Below are positions 30,401 through 40,374 of a stretch of DNA of 64,000 bases, in pieces. A model generated the notes under the pieces. It searched no databases. It was not told the origin of the DNA and saw only the letters and a list, made by a program, of their open reading frames with translations. The stretch is taken from the IMG/VR virus record IMGVR_UViG_3300027970_000006, one strand, 5' to 3'. The first letter of the stretch is position 1, and every line of letters starts with the position of its first letter. A program made the position numbers and the translations under genes. This DNA comes from a virus.

Positions 30401-33400
30401 GCAACATTGAGAGAAAAATATGTGACAAATTCAGGTCAAGCAACTACTGATTTGGATTATATTTTAGCGACAATGAAAAAATTTGGTGCGGTTCATAAAT
30501 TACCATATTCTTGGATTTTAAAATATGGATCAATATGGCACAGATATAAAATATACAAAGAAACTGGTGTTGATATTTTAGATGAAGTTTGGAAAGATTT
30601 TAACTATAAAGAAAATTGGGATCCTGCAAATTCTGCAACAACATATTCATACAATCTTATAATAGATGGAACACCAAGAAATTTAATTTTAGATAACACA
30701 TCAGGAACACCACCATTAACAGACATTAATACAGGATTTTATCCACAATTGATGGATGATTTTAATGTCTTTTTACAAGGGTTAAAATTGTTTAGTGGTC
30801 AAACACAAGTAAGTGGGTCTTGTGTTAGTCAGAATATTACCGGTACTTGTGTGACCTATCAAGTTACAGGAACTTGCTCAACAACAGGAACAGGAATTAC
30901 AATTAATTCTATATCAAAAAATTATGTAAAAATTCCACACACAATTTATATTCCTTCATTAAATGCTAATATTTTATTAACAGGTCAAACATCTGGTACT
31001 ACAGGAGGAACAGGAAATTATACGACACCACTTAATTTTAACGCTGCCTTCACAAATTTACCATTTGTATTGGGTTCATTTGCGGATATAACTAACACAT
31101 CATCAACCCCAATTAAAGTTGGGAATATATTGAGTGGATCTACTTCTATATCTGTAATAACCGTACAAAGTATTTTTAGTGCATCAACAGGAACAACATC
31201 AATTTTTGAGGTTAGTAAAATTTCTGCAGAAACATTTAATTATACGGTTTTAAATCCGCCTCTACAGATAACCGCGATAGATTCAAATGTTATTTCGGGA
31301 GGAACAATATTAAACGGAGCATATTTAAATGGTAATGTTGTAATATCATCTCAAATATCTGGAACAACAGGTGGTGTTGGGTTATATTCCGTATCAACAA
31401 TACAACCACCAACAACAAGTCCATTTGTAGTTCAAGGTGCGTATGTTCAAGGAATTGGATCTTTGCAAATTCAAAGTTATTTAAATAATGGAAAATTGGC
31501 AATGTTAAACACAACTAACTCAACCATTTTTGAATTACCTGGATTTGATCCACAAACACCAACAAGAAGCATGAGAGTCAGTCCTTGGTCTGTAATTGTT
31601 AGTTCATCAACTCAACCTGATTTTTATTATGTCCTTCCATCTTTTGGGTCAAATGTTAATCAAGCGAAAGAAGAAGCATTTAAAAACGGAACTATGAAAG
31701 TTGAACTTTCAAACAACCCAGCGATGTTTAATGGATCTGTAAGATTATTTTGGAATGCACCACAATACGGATGGTTTGATAATTCAAAACTCAAAAAAAA
31801 TAATCCAGAAACATATCTTAAACAGATATTAAATGAACAAAAAGATCAACAAAACTTTTTAATAACTGGTGATGATACTGAATATACAAGTATTGAAGAA
31901 CTCTTCACAACTTTTAATACATCTGTGTTGGATAATTTTGAGTCTGAGTTTTTGAATTTTAGTAGATCTCTTTATGATTATGTTGATACGTTACCAAACC
32001 CAATTGTAAAACAAGAAAAAACAACCGCATCACAAGGGGAGATTACCGCAGATTCAAACACTGAAAAAGGATATAAGAACTTTCATTATTTAATGAGACA
32101 ATTACTTGTTATAAACAAACCATCTGGTGATTCACCAGAAACAAAACTTGAAAGTATAATTACAAATCAAAATAATACCTTCCAACAAATTTTAAGTGGA
32201 TTTATAAATTATGACGTTTGTTTTAAGTTTGGAAACCCTTCAAATTTTGATAGAAGATTGTTTTATACTTTTTCAACAAGATATATTGAAGATCCTATAA
32301 TATACGGACCTTATGATCAAGGAAATTTACCACCACAAGTTAGTTTATCACAATCAAAATTACAAAACCCAAAAACTTGGGAAGCCTTGGAATATTATGT
32401 TGGAAAATCATCAATACCAAAATTACAATATTCAAACAACGGGTCTTATATTACAGATTTTTTCATTGACCTTAACGTCCAATTTAATGAAAAAAATGTT
32501 CAAGATTTCGCCCCAATAATTAAAATATATGCAACTCAAAAATTACTTAAAAACAATTTAAATCTTAGTAGTTTTTACAATTTAATGGACACATACATTG
32601 ACGACTCTAATAACTATGTGGGAAATGTTTTAAATACAATGTTACCAATGGTAAGAAAAGAATTACCAAACATTTTTATAAGTGAAGACGGGTCTCAAAA
32701 TAGAGCTGATTTAGAGGCTGGTTTTACAGAACAAACAAGATCTGAATTGTGGGAAACGTTTAAGACTTTAAATGACACATGGATTGCCGGATTTGATTTC
32801 CAAAACAAAACTTTATTTGAGGATGTAATGTTGGTTGACAGAGCAAGTAGAAATGTCGGTGATAAAGTTTTGGTTGATATTTACGGAATTATTAAGCTGT
32901 TAGAAGACGGATCAACAGAAAAAAATAACGGAAGTAGTTCATATAAAAACACTTTGTTGGATATGGTTACAACCATTTTAATTGAAAACAACTTTCAACA
33001 TTTTATGTTACCGGCATATGTTAATTTTTATAACGTACAAGACGCTCAAAAAAACCCAACACCAAGACCTGACGGAACAATGGAATTTGGTAATATGTTA
33101 TTTGGGACTTTTTTAAATGTTGATTATAGACAAAGTTCCCCAAAATTTTTGTGTTACTATGTTAGTAAACCAAGTGAGCATTTGAATATGAATAATAATA
33201 TTGATTATAGATTTAGAGATGATGCTTTTGATTTAAGAAGAGCTAGTGACAATCCGTTAATTGAAAATCAAGCAACTAAAATAGATTGGGACAAATCCAA
33301 TAAAGTTGTTGGTTTTAATGTTGACCCAACAAAAGAAAATCAACAAATATTTAAATCATTTAGTGTTTCACAAGATCCGGGAAAACCAACAAGTGAGTCT

Positions 33401-34444
33401 TTACAGATTTTGGATCAAATGGCAAATGTGGATAAAAATAGAAGATCGTCAACACAAAGCGTTTCATTATTTAATTTATATAAAAATAGAAGTTATAATT
33501 GTTCTGTTGACATGATGGGTTGTGCTCTAATACAACCAATGATGTATTTTAATATTAGAAACATACCAATGTTTTCAGGGCCATATATGATTACAAAAGT
33601 AAGTCATGATGTTTCTGAAAATGGGTTTAGTACGGTTTTTGAAGGTGTAAGACAACCTTTTTATAGTTTACCAACCGTAGATAATTTCTTACAAACTTTA
33701 AATGTTAAAATTCTTTCACAATTACAAAGTAAGATACAAGAAAATGAATCAAAACAAAAAGAAAGTTCTGCGAATGTATTATTTCAGGCACAAAATACAA
33801 TTGCTAATTTACAATCTGAAGACACTTTAACTAAAAATCAAGATTGTGCAAATCAATTAAATTCTAGATATAACAACTTTACTGGCGTGGATATTCCACA
33901 ACCAACATCTGTTTCAGTGAAAACTTTCTTAAATGAATTAAGAAATATTTTAATAGAGTTAAAATATGATATGACAGGAAATACAACATATCAAACCGCA
34001 GCGGCGGCATTCACATTTGTTTTTGTTGATTCAGGAAATAATAATGGAACAGAAATAAGTGCTTACGAGAATAACTATAGCACGATAAACCTACAAGAAG
34101 TTTATGGGGACTCTTTCTTTGAATATATAAATAGGAAGTATTTCTGTGTTTCAAGAGGAACAGATAAAAACTTACCTATTGTTGCATTTAGATCTTTAAA
34201 AGATTTTATAAAGTTTGTTTTACTTAAAGTTGCAAATATACCAACATTTTTACAACAAGACTCAAATAAATTTCCATCAGATGATTTAGTACCATATAAT
34301 TTAGCAAAACAATATGTTTTACATTATCCGATCAATCAAAATAATGATGTTTATACTAAAATTGAAGCCGATAATGGTCAAATTGAAAAATTAAACGCGG
34401 AATTTTTAAAAGCTTATCAAATTTTTGAATCTTTATGGTCTTAA
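27395..34444 (+). CDS. Very large baseplate hub protein (gp27/VgrG-like ends)
   Basis: N-terminal LPYPQFTLTLKGYYG; C-terminal YNCSVDMMGCALIQPMMYF...GPYMITKVSHDVSENGFSTVFEGVR hub-type motif; 2349 aa. Confidence 0.6.
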   Translation: MVDNQENILVELDYDNISLIDPNKVIDEQGNVKDRLVKQEDLVYYANLECNVLPRTKLAVGSAMNDSQRTISVAKINFLNPGNKTFMDTAWSDELTGKGTLEGKGVNQPRQTAVKNPNQTNDYYITQNLWSNGTPGAVDNGFLGMKSIKMSIGTDFLPQIDVELEDIKGRALFEGGNNSPYSAFFQLPYPQFTLTLKGYYGKAIKFPIMLQTFTSTFDPGTHNFQIKLKFYGYKYTLLSYVNFGALMAVPQMYRNDVTQTPVSKTQGNQTSSSQTSTTTTSVSRGYQKMKEVYSDYKSKGLIPDDFPEITLNQLKYRLQKFIDDVLSQFEKENMGVLSDMTLYTNNLLAYQQKIFLYANASWYGSFMDKDNPIVLKQNSQNVYIFKKELDANKRSDSITKLKGDIQQYNDVLNQNGVFGINGKYTVGGITTKSNIDVPISLEKLQKKITISDIDFVKTYTAQKNAPKGNYKESDDVIVQFKQTIQSQLLVNDNITYFFEGPNSFMNITDNIAKTASETRKKVETEITASLSSKFNSQGNGGLGFIPSIRNILAVFYCQGETFLRLLDEVHKKAWDQRENQYRRAAIFGNTSTAPSVDLKTSTQNNEPIYPWPQVLKESVGEDNKEKFEIIYPGDQTVANTYRAYSPEVWPEVEFVEQFIKGYTERQLNNNDSKVFEANLKPLRISLNGIDFPTTNQIFQNKEESKYFYEIYERLLLNSFYSNFNRKSGYPLGMYEVESEDEAINIIQSLGADNPFLSKILKEYLLDSNNYVSFLKHISNEGQGESWQTFIRGEFVTPYIKNEVSNPNILLNSGIFNSLKSQPDVSLSNPKNLINIGKYLTGSSSSNEFDFIDTYPLLDLNWDKNNLANGKSLNNAKEAFDTKLVIQYNNIHKTITNFGLSTTVNDIRPFTYFNFQNLNVTPNTTSLKTFYNTRTYSNQLITEGNLYYSNYSNYLDASQTTSMLNTPYFINAIQKGVFNFRYKQTDLYPYKLGAYLFLNSLPLATLREKYVTNSGQATTDLDYILATMKKFGAVHKLPYSWILKYGSIWHRYKIYKETGVDILDEVWKDFNYKENWDPANSATTYSYNLIIDGTPRNLILDNTSGTPPLTDINTGFYPQLMDDFNVFLQGLKLFSGQTQVSGSCVSQNITGTCVTYQVTGTCSTTGTGITINSISKNYVKIPHTIYIPSLNANILLTGQTSGTTGGTGNYTTPLNFNAAFTNLPFVLGSFADITNTSSTPIKVGNILSGSTSISVITVQSIFSASTGTTSIFEVSKISAETFNYTVLNPPLQITAIDSNVISGGTILNGAYLNGNVVISSQISGTTGGVGLYSVSTIQPPTTSPFVVQGAYVQGIGSLQIQSYLNNGKLAMLNTTNSTIFELPGFDPQTPTRSMRVSPWSVIVSSSTQPDFYYVLPSFGSNVNQAKEEAFKNGTMKVELSNNPAMFNGSVRLFWNAPQYGWFDNSKLKKNNPETYLKQILNEQKDQQNFLITGDDTEYTSIEELFTTFNTSVLDNFESEFLNFSRSLYDYVDTLPNPIVKQEKTTASQGEITADSNTEKGYKNFHYLMRQLLVINKPSGDSPETKLESIITNQNNTFQQILSGFINYDVCFKFGNPSNFDRRLFYTFSTRYIEDPIIYGPYDQGNLPPQVSLSQSKLQNPKTWEALEYYVGKSSIPKLQYSNNGSYITDFFIDLNVQFNEKNVQDFAPIIKIYATQKLLKNNLNLSSFYNLMDTYIDDSNNYVGNVLNTMLPMVRKELPNIFISEDGSQNRADLEAGFTEQTRSELWETFKTLNDTWIAGFDFQNKTLFEDVMLVDRASRNVGDKVLVDIYGIIKLLEDGSTEKNNGSSSYKNTLLDMVTTILIENNFQHFMLPAYVNFYNVQDAQKNPTPRPDGTMEFGNMLFGTFLNVDYRQSSPKFLCYYVSKPSEHLNMNNNIDYRFRDDAFDLRRASDNPLIENQATKIDWDKSNKVVGFNVDPTKENQQIFKSFSVSQDPGKPTSESLQILDQMANVDKNRRSSTQSVSLFNLYKNRSYNCSVDMMGCALIQPMMYFNIRNIPMFSGPYMITKVSHDVSENGFSTVFEGVRQPFYSLPTVDNFLQTLNVKILSQLQSKIQENESKQKESSANVLFQAQNTIANLQSEDTLTKNQDCANQLNSRYNNFTGVDIPQPTSVSVKTFLNELRNILIELKYDMTGNTTYQTAAAAFTFVFVDSGNNNGTEISAYENNYSTINLQEVYGDSFFEYINRKYFCVSRGTDKNLPIVAFRSLKDFIKFVLLKVANIPTFLQQDSNKFPSDDLVPYNLAKQYVLHYPINQNNDVYTKIEADNGQIEKLNAEFLKAYQIFESLWS

Positions 34445-34479
34445 TATAATAATACAGATATTTATAATAAAAATTATAT

Positions 34480-34704
34480 ATGAATACAAAACTTATATTA
34501 GATAACTACTTGGGTAAAAACACAAGAGTTTCAGAGAAGGATAAAGGTAATGGTTACAAAGAAGTTTGTGATTTAGATACTGGAGACTGCTACACAGTAA
34601 GAATGAAAGATGGTTTGATTGAAAGAGTTGACAACACTAAAAATTCTTTTAAAAAAATCCAAGTAGAAACCAAGAATGGTATAAAAACATTATTAAACGG
34701 ATAG
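34480..34704 (+). CDS. Small hypothetical late protein (VCDLDTGDC motif)
   Basis: 74-aa ORF behind a TATTTATA motif. Confidence 0.7.
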   Translation: MNTKLILDNYLGKNTRVSEKDKGNGYKEVCDLDTGDCYTVRMKDGLIERVDNTKNSFKKIQVETKNGIKTLLNG

Positions 34705-34705
34705 T

Positions 34706-35377
34706 ATGAAATTAGATGAAAAAATATTAGAAGAAATTGCAAGATATAGGTCAATCAACACTTATATCACAGAACAAGATGTTCCACCAGCACCTGAAGG
34801 TGATGTTCCCCCACCACCTGACGCAGGAGCAGCACCGGCACCTGATGCAGGAGCAGCACCTGATGCAGGAGCAGCACCTGCCCCTCCAGCAGCCCCTGAA
34901 GGACAACCTATTGATGTTGCGGCAGATCCTGATGTTGAAGAAGTTGGAGCGGAAGGAGAAGGAGAAACTGAAGAGTTAGATATTACTGACTTGGTTGATT
35001 CTCAAAAAACAATGGCAGACAAACAAGAAGAATATTTTGAAAATCTTTTTGGTCAAATTAAAAAAATGGAAGAAAAACTTTCTGAAATGGATAGTTTGGT
35101 TCAAAAACTAGATTCATTAGATTCTAAAGTTGAAAAATACAGACCAAAAACGGCACAAGAAAAACTACAATTAAGAAGTTTAGATTCAGGACCGTTCAAA
35201 CAAAATTTGGCAGACTTCTTTAAAGACAAAGAAGATGAAATGGAAAAAACAGGAAAAAACGAATATGTTTTAACTCAAGACGAAGTTGAAAATTTTAGTC
35301 CATCAGAAATTGAAAAATCGTTTAACGAACCAATGGAAGATGAAGACGAAATTTTATTAAATAAATTTAATTATTAA
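34706..35377 (+). CDS. Acidic Pro/Ala-rich coiled-coil protein, possibly head scaffold/internal protein
   Basis: N-terminal KILEEIARY..YITEQ, PDAGAA repeats, coiled coil. Confidence 0.55.
   Translation: MKLDEKILEEIARYRSINTYITEQDVPPAPEGDVPPPPDAGAAPAPDAGAAPDAGAAPAPPAAPEGQPIDVAADPDVEEVGAEGEGETEELDITDLVDSQKTMADKQEEYFENLFGQIKKMEEKLSEMDSLVQKLDSLDSKVEKYRPKTAQEKLQLRSLDSGPFKQNLADFFKDKEDEMEKTGKNEYVLTQDEVENFSPSEIEKSFNEPMEDEDEILLNKFNY
34817..34879 (+). repeat. Three copies of cctga(t/c)gcaggagcagca encoding PDAGAA
   Basis: Directly visible 18-bp repeats. Confidence 0.85.
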
Positions 35378-35380
35378 TTT

Positions 35381-35409
35381 AAAAGGTCACAATTAGTGGC
35401 CTTTTTTTT
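35381..35409 (+). terminator. Intrinsic terminator
   Basis: AAAAGGTCAC-AATTA-GTGGCCTTTTTTTT. Confidence 0.8.
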
Positions 35410-35418
35410 AAAAACTTA

Positions 35419-35450
35419 TTTGACAATTACTTTTTACTACCTTATATTTT
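35419..35450 (+). promoter_or_regulatory. Early/middle promoter TTGACA-N17-TATATT upstream of SSB
   Basis: TTGACA 35420-35425, TATATT 35443-35448; also fits a Bacteroidota-like TTTG-N20-TAnnTTT(G) layout. Confidence 0.7.
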
Positions 35451-35481
35451 TTACACATAAACTTTTAAATTTTAATTACAC

Positions 35482-36348
35482 ATGGCGACAAATGTTTTAG
35501 ACGCGGTTTTGGCTCAATATGAAAGTTCAAAACAAAGTGGTTCTTCTTCCACTTCAAAAATGTCACAAGAAGAAAGAATGAAAAAATATTTCGCAGCTCT
35601 ATTGAAAGAGAACGAAAAACAAGGACAAAAACGTGTCCGAATCTTACCAACAACAGACGGATCTTCACCATTCAAAGAAGTGTGGTTCCACGAAGTTTTA
35701 TTGGACGGAAAATGGCAAAAATTCTACGATCCAGGAAAAAATGATAATGAAAGATCGCCTTTGAATGAGGTATATGAAGAACTTATGTCAACAGGTCGTG
35801 ATTCAGACAAAGAACTTGCAAAACAATATAAGGCTCGCAAATTCTATATTGTTAAAGTTATTGATCGTGATAACGAACAAGATGGTGTTAAATTTTGGAG
35901 ATTTAAACACAATTACAAACAAGAAGGAATTTTAGATAAAATTATTCCTATTTGGAAAGCTAAAGGTGATGTTACCGATCCTGATAAAGGACGAGACTTA
36001 ATTCTTGAATTAACAAAGGCAAAAACGCCAAAAGGAGCGACGTATACGGTTATTCAAACGGTTATGTATGATGACCCTTCATCAATCTCTGATGACACAG
36101 ATCAAATGTCTGATTGGGTTGGTAATGAAATGACTTGGGAAGATGTATACTCTAAAAAACCTGTTGAATATTTGGAAGCAATTGCAAGAGGAGAAACTCC
36201 ACGTTGGGATTCTGAAAAAGGTGGATATGTTTACTCTAACACCGAAACCGCAGAAGTTTCTATGGGAGGAAAATCAACACCTAAATCAATTAATGAAGTT
36301 GCTGACCCACAAGAAAACGATCAAGTTGATGAAGAATTACCATTCTAA
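35482..36348 (+). CDS. Single-stranded DNA-binding protein (gp32-like)
   Basis: RVRILP...PFKEVWFH, DVTDPDKGRDLIL, acidic tail ending DEELPF. Confidence 0.85.
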   Translation: MATNVLDAVLAQYESSKQSGSSSTSKMSQEERMKKYFAALLKENEKQGQKRVRILPTTDGSSPFKEVWFHEVLLDGKWQKFYDPGKNDNERSPLNEVYEELMSTGRDSDKELAKQYKARKFYIVKVIDRDNEQDGVKFWRFKHNYKQEGILDKIIPIWKAKGDVTDPDKGRDLILELTKAKTPKGATYTVIQTVMYDDPSSISDDTDQMSDWVGNEMTWEDVYSKKPVEYLEAIARGETPRWDSEKGGYVYSNTETAEVSMGGKSTPKSINEVADPQENDQVDEELPF

Positions 36349-36378
36349 ATTTAACTAAAAAAACCCTAAGTATTATCT

Positions 36379-36411
36379 AAACACCGATTTACAATGTCGG
36401 TGTTTTTTTTT
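36379..36411 (+). terminator. Intrinsic terminator overlapping a promoter for recA
   Basis: AAACACCGA-TTTACAATG-TCGGTGTTT plus T tract; TTTACA in the loop lies 17 nt before TATATT (36411-36416). Confidence 0.75.
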
Positions 36412-36434
36412 ATATTATAAATAAATAGAATATT

Positions 36435-37442
36435 ATGGCAATTAAAAAAAATGATTTTAGTTCATTAAAAAAGAAATTTTCCACATCAGCAAAATATAAA
36501 CCACAAAGATTTTTTGATTTGGGTCAACCATTTTTGGATGCGGTAGGACTTCCAGGTCCGGCCATGGGACATATTAATATGTTCTTGGGTCACTCAGATA
36601 CGGGAAAAACAACAGCGCTTGTTAAAACTGCGGTTGATGCTCAAAAGAAAGGTATTCTTCCTGTGTTTATCATTACAGAACAAAAATGGAGTTTTGAACA
36701 CGCCAAACTTATGGGTTTTGAATGTGAAGAAGTTGTTGACACCGAAACAGGAGAATTAGAGTGGGATGGTTTTTACATCTTTAATAATAATTTTGATTAC
36801 ATTGAACAAATTACAGCTTATATTAATGAATTATTGGATGCTCAAGAAAAGGGTGAATTAGATTACTCACTTTGTATAATGTGGGATTCAGTTGGATCAG
36901 TTCCATGTAAAATGACTTATGAGGGCCGAGGTGGAAAACAACACAATGCAGCTGCATTAGCCGACAAAATTGGCATGGGTATTAATCAAAGAATTTCAGG
37001 GTCTCGTAAATCAGATTCTAAATATGAGAATACCCTTATTATCGTAAACCAGCCTTGGGTTGAATTACCTGACAATCCATTTGGTCAACCTAAAATTAAA
37101 GCAAAGGGTGGTGAGGCAATTTGGTTAAACTCATCATTGGTATTCTTATTTGGTAATCAAAAAGGTGCGGGAACAACAAAGATTACCGCAACAAAAGACA
37201 AAAGAACGGTAAAGTTTGCGTCAAGAACAAAAGTATCGGTTATGAAAAATCACATCAATGGGCTTGGTTTTGAAGATGGGAAAATAATTGTAACACCACA
37301 CGGTTTTTTACCTGGTAAGGAATCGTCTGAAGAAAAAGCATCAATAGAACAATACAAGAAAGATTATGCCGAGTATTGGAAAGAAATAATTGGAGTTGAT
37401 GGTGACTTTGATTTGAAGGCGGAGAGAGAAGAATCAGAGTAA
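36435..37442 (+). CDS. uvsX: RecA/UvsX-like recombinase
   Basis: Walker A GHSDTGKTT, Walker B MWDSVGS, IIVNQ, KAKGGEA, KNHING. Confidence 0.88.
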   Translation: MAIKKNDFSSLKKKFSTSAKYKPQRFFDLGQPFLDAVGLPGPAMGHINMFLGHSDTGKTTALVKTAVDAQKKGILPVFIITEQKWSFEHAKLMGFECEEVVDTETGELEWDGFYIFNNNFDYIEQITAYINELLDAQEKGELDYSLCIMWDSVGSVPCKMTYEGRGGKQHNAAALADKIGMGINQRISGSRKSDSKYENTLIIVNQPWVELPDNPFGQPKIKAKGGEAIWLNSSLVFLFGNQKGAGTTKITATKDKRTVKFASRTKVSVMKNHINGLGFEDGKIIVTPHGFLPGKESSEEKASIEQYKKDYAEYWKEIIGVDGDFDLKAEREESE

Positions 37443-37462
37443 GAATCTTGTAATTATTTAAA

Positions 37463-38476
37463 ATGACTAAAACGTTATTGGTTGACGGAAACAACCTATT
37501 AAAAATCGGATTTCACGGAGTAAGAGATTTCTTTAATAAAGGAGAACACGTTGGAGGTATTTGGCACTTTTTAAATACCCTAAGACGTTTCCTTGAAGAA
37601 AATAACTATAACAAAGTTGTTGTATTTTGGGATGGAGAAACAAGCTCATCACAAAGAAGGTTATTATACCCAAAGTACAAATTGAACCGTAAATCCAACA
37701 ATCCAAAAAATGATTTTAAAGAAGAATCATTTTTAAATCAAAAACAAAGGGTTAAACAATACCTTGAAGAAATGTTTGTAAGACAATTGGACGTTGAGAA
37801 TTCAGAAGCCGATGATTTAATTGCTTACTATTGTCAGATTTCTGATGATGAAGATAAAACAATATTTTCTTCAGATAGAGACCTTACACAACTTATATCT
37901 GAAAAGGTAACGATCTATTCACCTAATACCAAGAAGTATTATAAGAATGGGGATATGATCAAAATTGACCAATTAGAGATCCCCCATTATAATGTTAAAA
38001 CCTATAAAATATTAACTGGTGATAGTTCAGATAATATTGATGGTATTTTTTATCTTGGTGAAAAAACTTTTATTAAATTATTTCCTGAAATACTTGAAAA
38101 GGAAATTAGTCTTACTGATATTTTAACAAAAGGTGAGGAATTATTAAAAGAACAAAAAGAAAATGTTGCGTTAAAAAACCTTTTAAGTGGAAAAACCAAA
38201 GAGGGAATATTTGGAGATGAGTTTTTTGTAATAAACGAAAAATTAGTTGACTTATCAAAGCCTTTGATTTCCGACGAAGGAAAAGAATTAGTTCAATCGT
38301 ATTACTCCGAGTCATTGGATCCTGACGGAAGGGGGCACAGGAACTTAATTCGTATGATGATGAACGACGGATTCTTTAAATACTTACCAAAGGGTGACGA
38401 CGCTTGGGTGAATTTTTTAAAACCATTTTTAAAGCTATCTAGAAAAGAAAAAAGTAATTTTAGAAACAAAAAGTAG
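37463..38476 (+). CDS. 5'-3' exonuclease / flap endonuclease (T4 RNase H-like)
   Basis: LLVDGNNL, VFWDG, YKLNR, EADDLIA, SSDRDLTQL, GDSSDNIDG. Confidence 0.92.
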   Translation: MTKTLLVDGNNLLKIGFHGVRDFFNKGEHVGGIWHFLNTLRRFLEENNYNKVVVFWDGETSSSQRRLLYPKYKLNRKSNNPKNDFKEESFLNQKQRVKQYLEEMFVRQLDVENSEADDLIAYYCQISDDEDKTIFSSDRDLTQLISEKVTIYSPNTKKYYKNGDMIKIDQLEIPHYNVKTYKILTGDSSDNIDGIFYLGEKTFIKLFPEILEKEISLTDILTKGEELLKEQKENVALKNLLSGKTKEGIFGDEFFVINEKLVDLSKPLISDEGKELVQSYYSESLDPDGRGHRNLIRMMMNDGFFKYLPKGDDAWVNFLKPFLKLSRKEKSNFRNKK

Positions 38477-38490
38477 AAACAAAAAAAACT

Positions 38491-38940
38491 ATGAAAGAAC
38501 AAGAAATAACAAAAGTGGAATTTTTGTTAACATGCAATGAAAACATTGTTGTCCAAAGATTTTTTAATGTTAGAGGATTTAACAAACATGCTCACAAGTC
38601 AGAAAATTTTTATGATCATATAAATTCAATATGTAATGAATTACAATATGATTTAAAGATGAGATCTGTAACTTATTTATTGAGCAATCAGTATGAGATT
38701 TTTGATAATCCGGATATCTTAAACACATCAATTACTGATGGACCGGAAAAATTTAATTTAATTATTAAGGTTGGAGACCTGACAATTTGTCATAGGCAGT
38801 TTGACGCGAAAGTATACCCCCCAAAGGTAAGATACACCGTAGACCTACGCCCAAAGTTAAAAACGATCATGTCGGGTCTAACTGACATTTTTTCAGGTAA
38901 AAATTTTAATTATTTTTATCCCGAACTTATTAAAAATTAA
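38491..38940 (+). CDS. Hypothetical protein in replication cluster
   Basis: 149-aa ORF with normal codon usage between exonuclease and helicase. Confidence 0.75.
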   Translation: MKEQEITKVEFLLTCNENIVVQRFFNVRGFNKHAHKSENFYDHINSICNELQYDLKMRSVTYLLSNQYEIFDNPDILNTSITDGPEKFNLIIKVGDLTICHRQFDAKVYPPKVRYTVDLRPKLKTIMSGLTDIFSGKNFNYFYPELIKN

Positions 38941-38973
38941 TAGTATTTATCATACGAAAGGAGAAACAAGACA

Positions 38974-40374
38974 ATGGCAACGAGTAAAAATTTTGAGTAT
39001 TTAGGAAATACATTTCAATTACAACTTTTAAATCAGATTATAGTAGATAAGGATTTTTCACATTCTATTATTGATGTAATTGAAAACAACTATTTTGAAA
39101 ACAAATACTTCAAAATCATAATTCAAATGATTAGGGAATATTATATCAAATATGATCATACACCATCATTTGAGACTCTTGAACAAATAACAAAATCAGA
39201 GTTACAACAAGAACTGGCATCAAAAATTGTGATGGACACAATTAAGAAAATTAAGGACGCACCTATTGATGGCGTTGGTTTTGTTCAAGAAAAGGCTTTA
39301 AAATTCTGTAAACAACAAGAGCTTCAAAAGGTAATGGGTAAGGCTCAGAAAATAATTGACGGAGGTGAGTTTGAAAATTACGACACATTAGAAGAGTTGG
39401 TTAAAACCGCACTTCAAGTTGGTGCAAAAGACACATCAATGACTGATATATTTTCAAACATTGATCAGGTATTAGAAGAAGACTATAGACACCCAATCCC
39501 TATGGGAATCCCTGGTATTGACCGACTACTTAAAGGTGGTTTGGCGAAAGGTGAGATTGGTGTAATTTTGGCACCAACTGGTGTGGGTAAATCAACAATT
39601 CTAACAAAGATTGCAAATCACGCATTTAATCTTGGATTTAATGTCCTTCAAGTGTTTTTTGAAGATAACCCAAAGGTAATTCAAAGAAAACATTACACAT
39701 TATTTACAAAGGTTCATCCTGACGATTTGTCAGAGAAAAAAGATTATGTTATGAAACGAGTTAGGGAAATTGAAGAGTCTATGCCAAACAAGTTGATAAT
39801 GAAAAAATTGGCTTCTGATACGATGACTATGTTACAAATCAAAAATCAAATTAGAAAAATGGTTTCTGATGGGATAAAAATAGACATGGTAGTTTTAGAT
39901 TATATTGATTGTGTTGTTCCAGACAAAAACTTGGGTGATGAATGGAAAAGCGAAGGATCGGTTATGAGAGCATTTGAGGCGATGTGTCATGAAATGGATC
40001 TTGTTGGTTGGACGGCGACACAAGGAAATAGAGCTTCAATTTCATCAGAAGTTGTAACAACAGATCAAATGGGAGGGTCAATTAAAAAGGCACAAGTTGG
40101 ACACGTAATTATATCTGTGGCCAAAACATTACAACAAAAAGAATTGAAACTGGCAACAATTGCAATTACAAAATCAAGAATTGGTGATGACGGGATTGTG
40201 TTTGAAAATTGTAAATTTGATAATGCAATGTTAGATATTGACACAGAAAGCTCTATGACATTCTTAGGGATTGAAGAACAAAAAGAAGAAAGACAAAGAC
40301 AAAGAGTTAGGGAGCTACTTGAAAAAAGAAAAGAAAAAGAGTCACAAAAGCCACAATCTTTTGTAAATAATTAA
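38974..40374 (+). CDS. dnaB: Replicative DnaB/gp41-like helicase
   Basis: Walker A APTGVGKST, VLDYID, WTATQGNR, KSRIG. Confidence 0.9.
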   Translation: MATSKNFEYLGNTFQLQLLNQIIVDKDFSHSIIDVIENNYFENKYFKIIIQMIREYYIKYDHTPSFETLEQITKSELQQELASKIVMDTIKKIKDAPIDGVGFVQEKALKFCKQQELQKVMGKAQKIIDGGEFENYDTLEELVKTALQVGAKDTSMTDIFSNIDQVLEEDYRHPIPMGIPGIDRLLKGGLAKGEIGVILAPTGVGKSTILTKIANHAFNLGFNVLQVFFEDNPKVIQRKHYTLFTKVHPDDLSEKKDYVMKRVREIEESMPNKLIMKKLASDTMTMLQIKNQIRKMVSDGIKIDMVVLDYIDCVVPDKNLGDEWKSEGSVMRAFEAMCHEMDLVGWTATQGNRASISSEVVTTDQMGGSIKKAQVGHVIISVAKTLQQKELKLATIAITKSRIGDDGIVFENCKFDNAMLDIDTESSMTFLGIEEQKEERQRQRVRELLEKRKEKESQKPQSFVNN

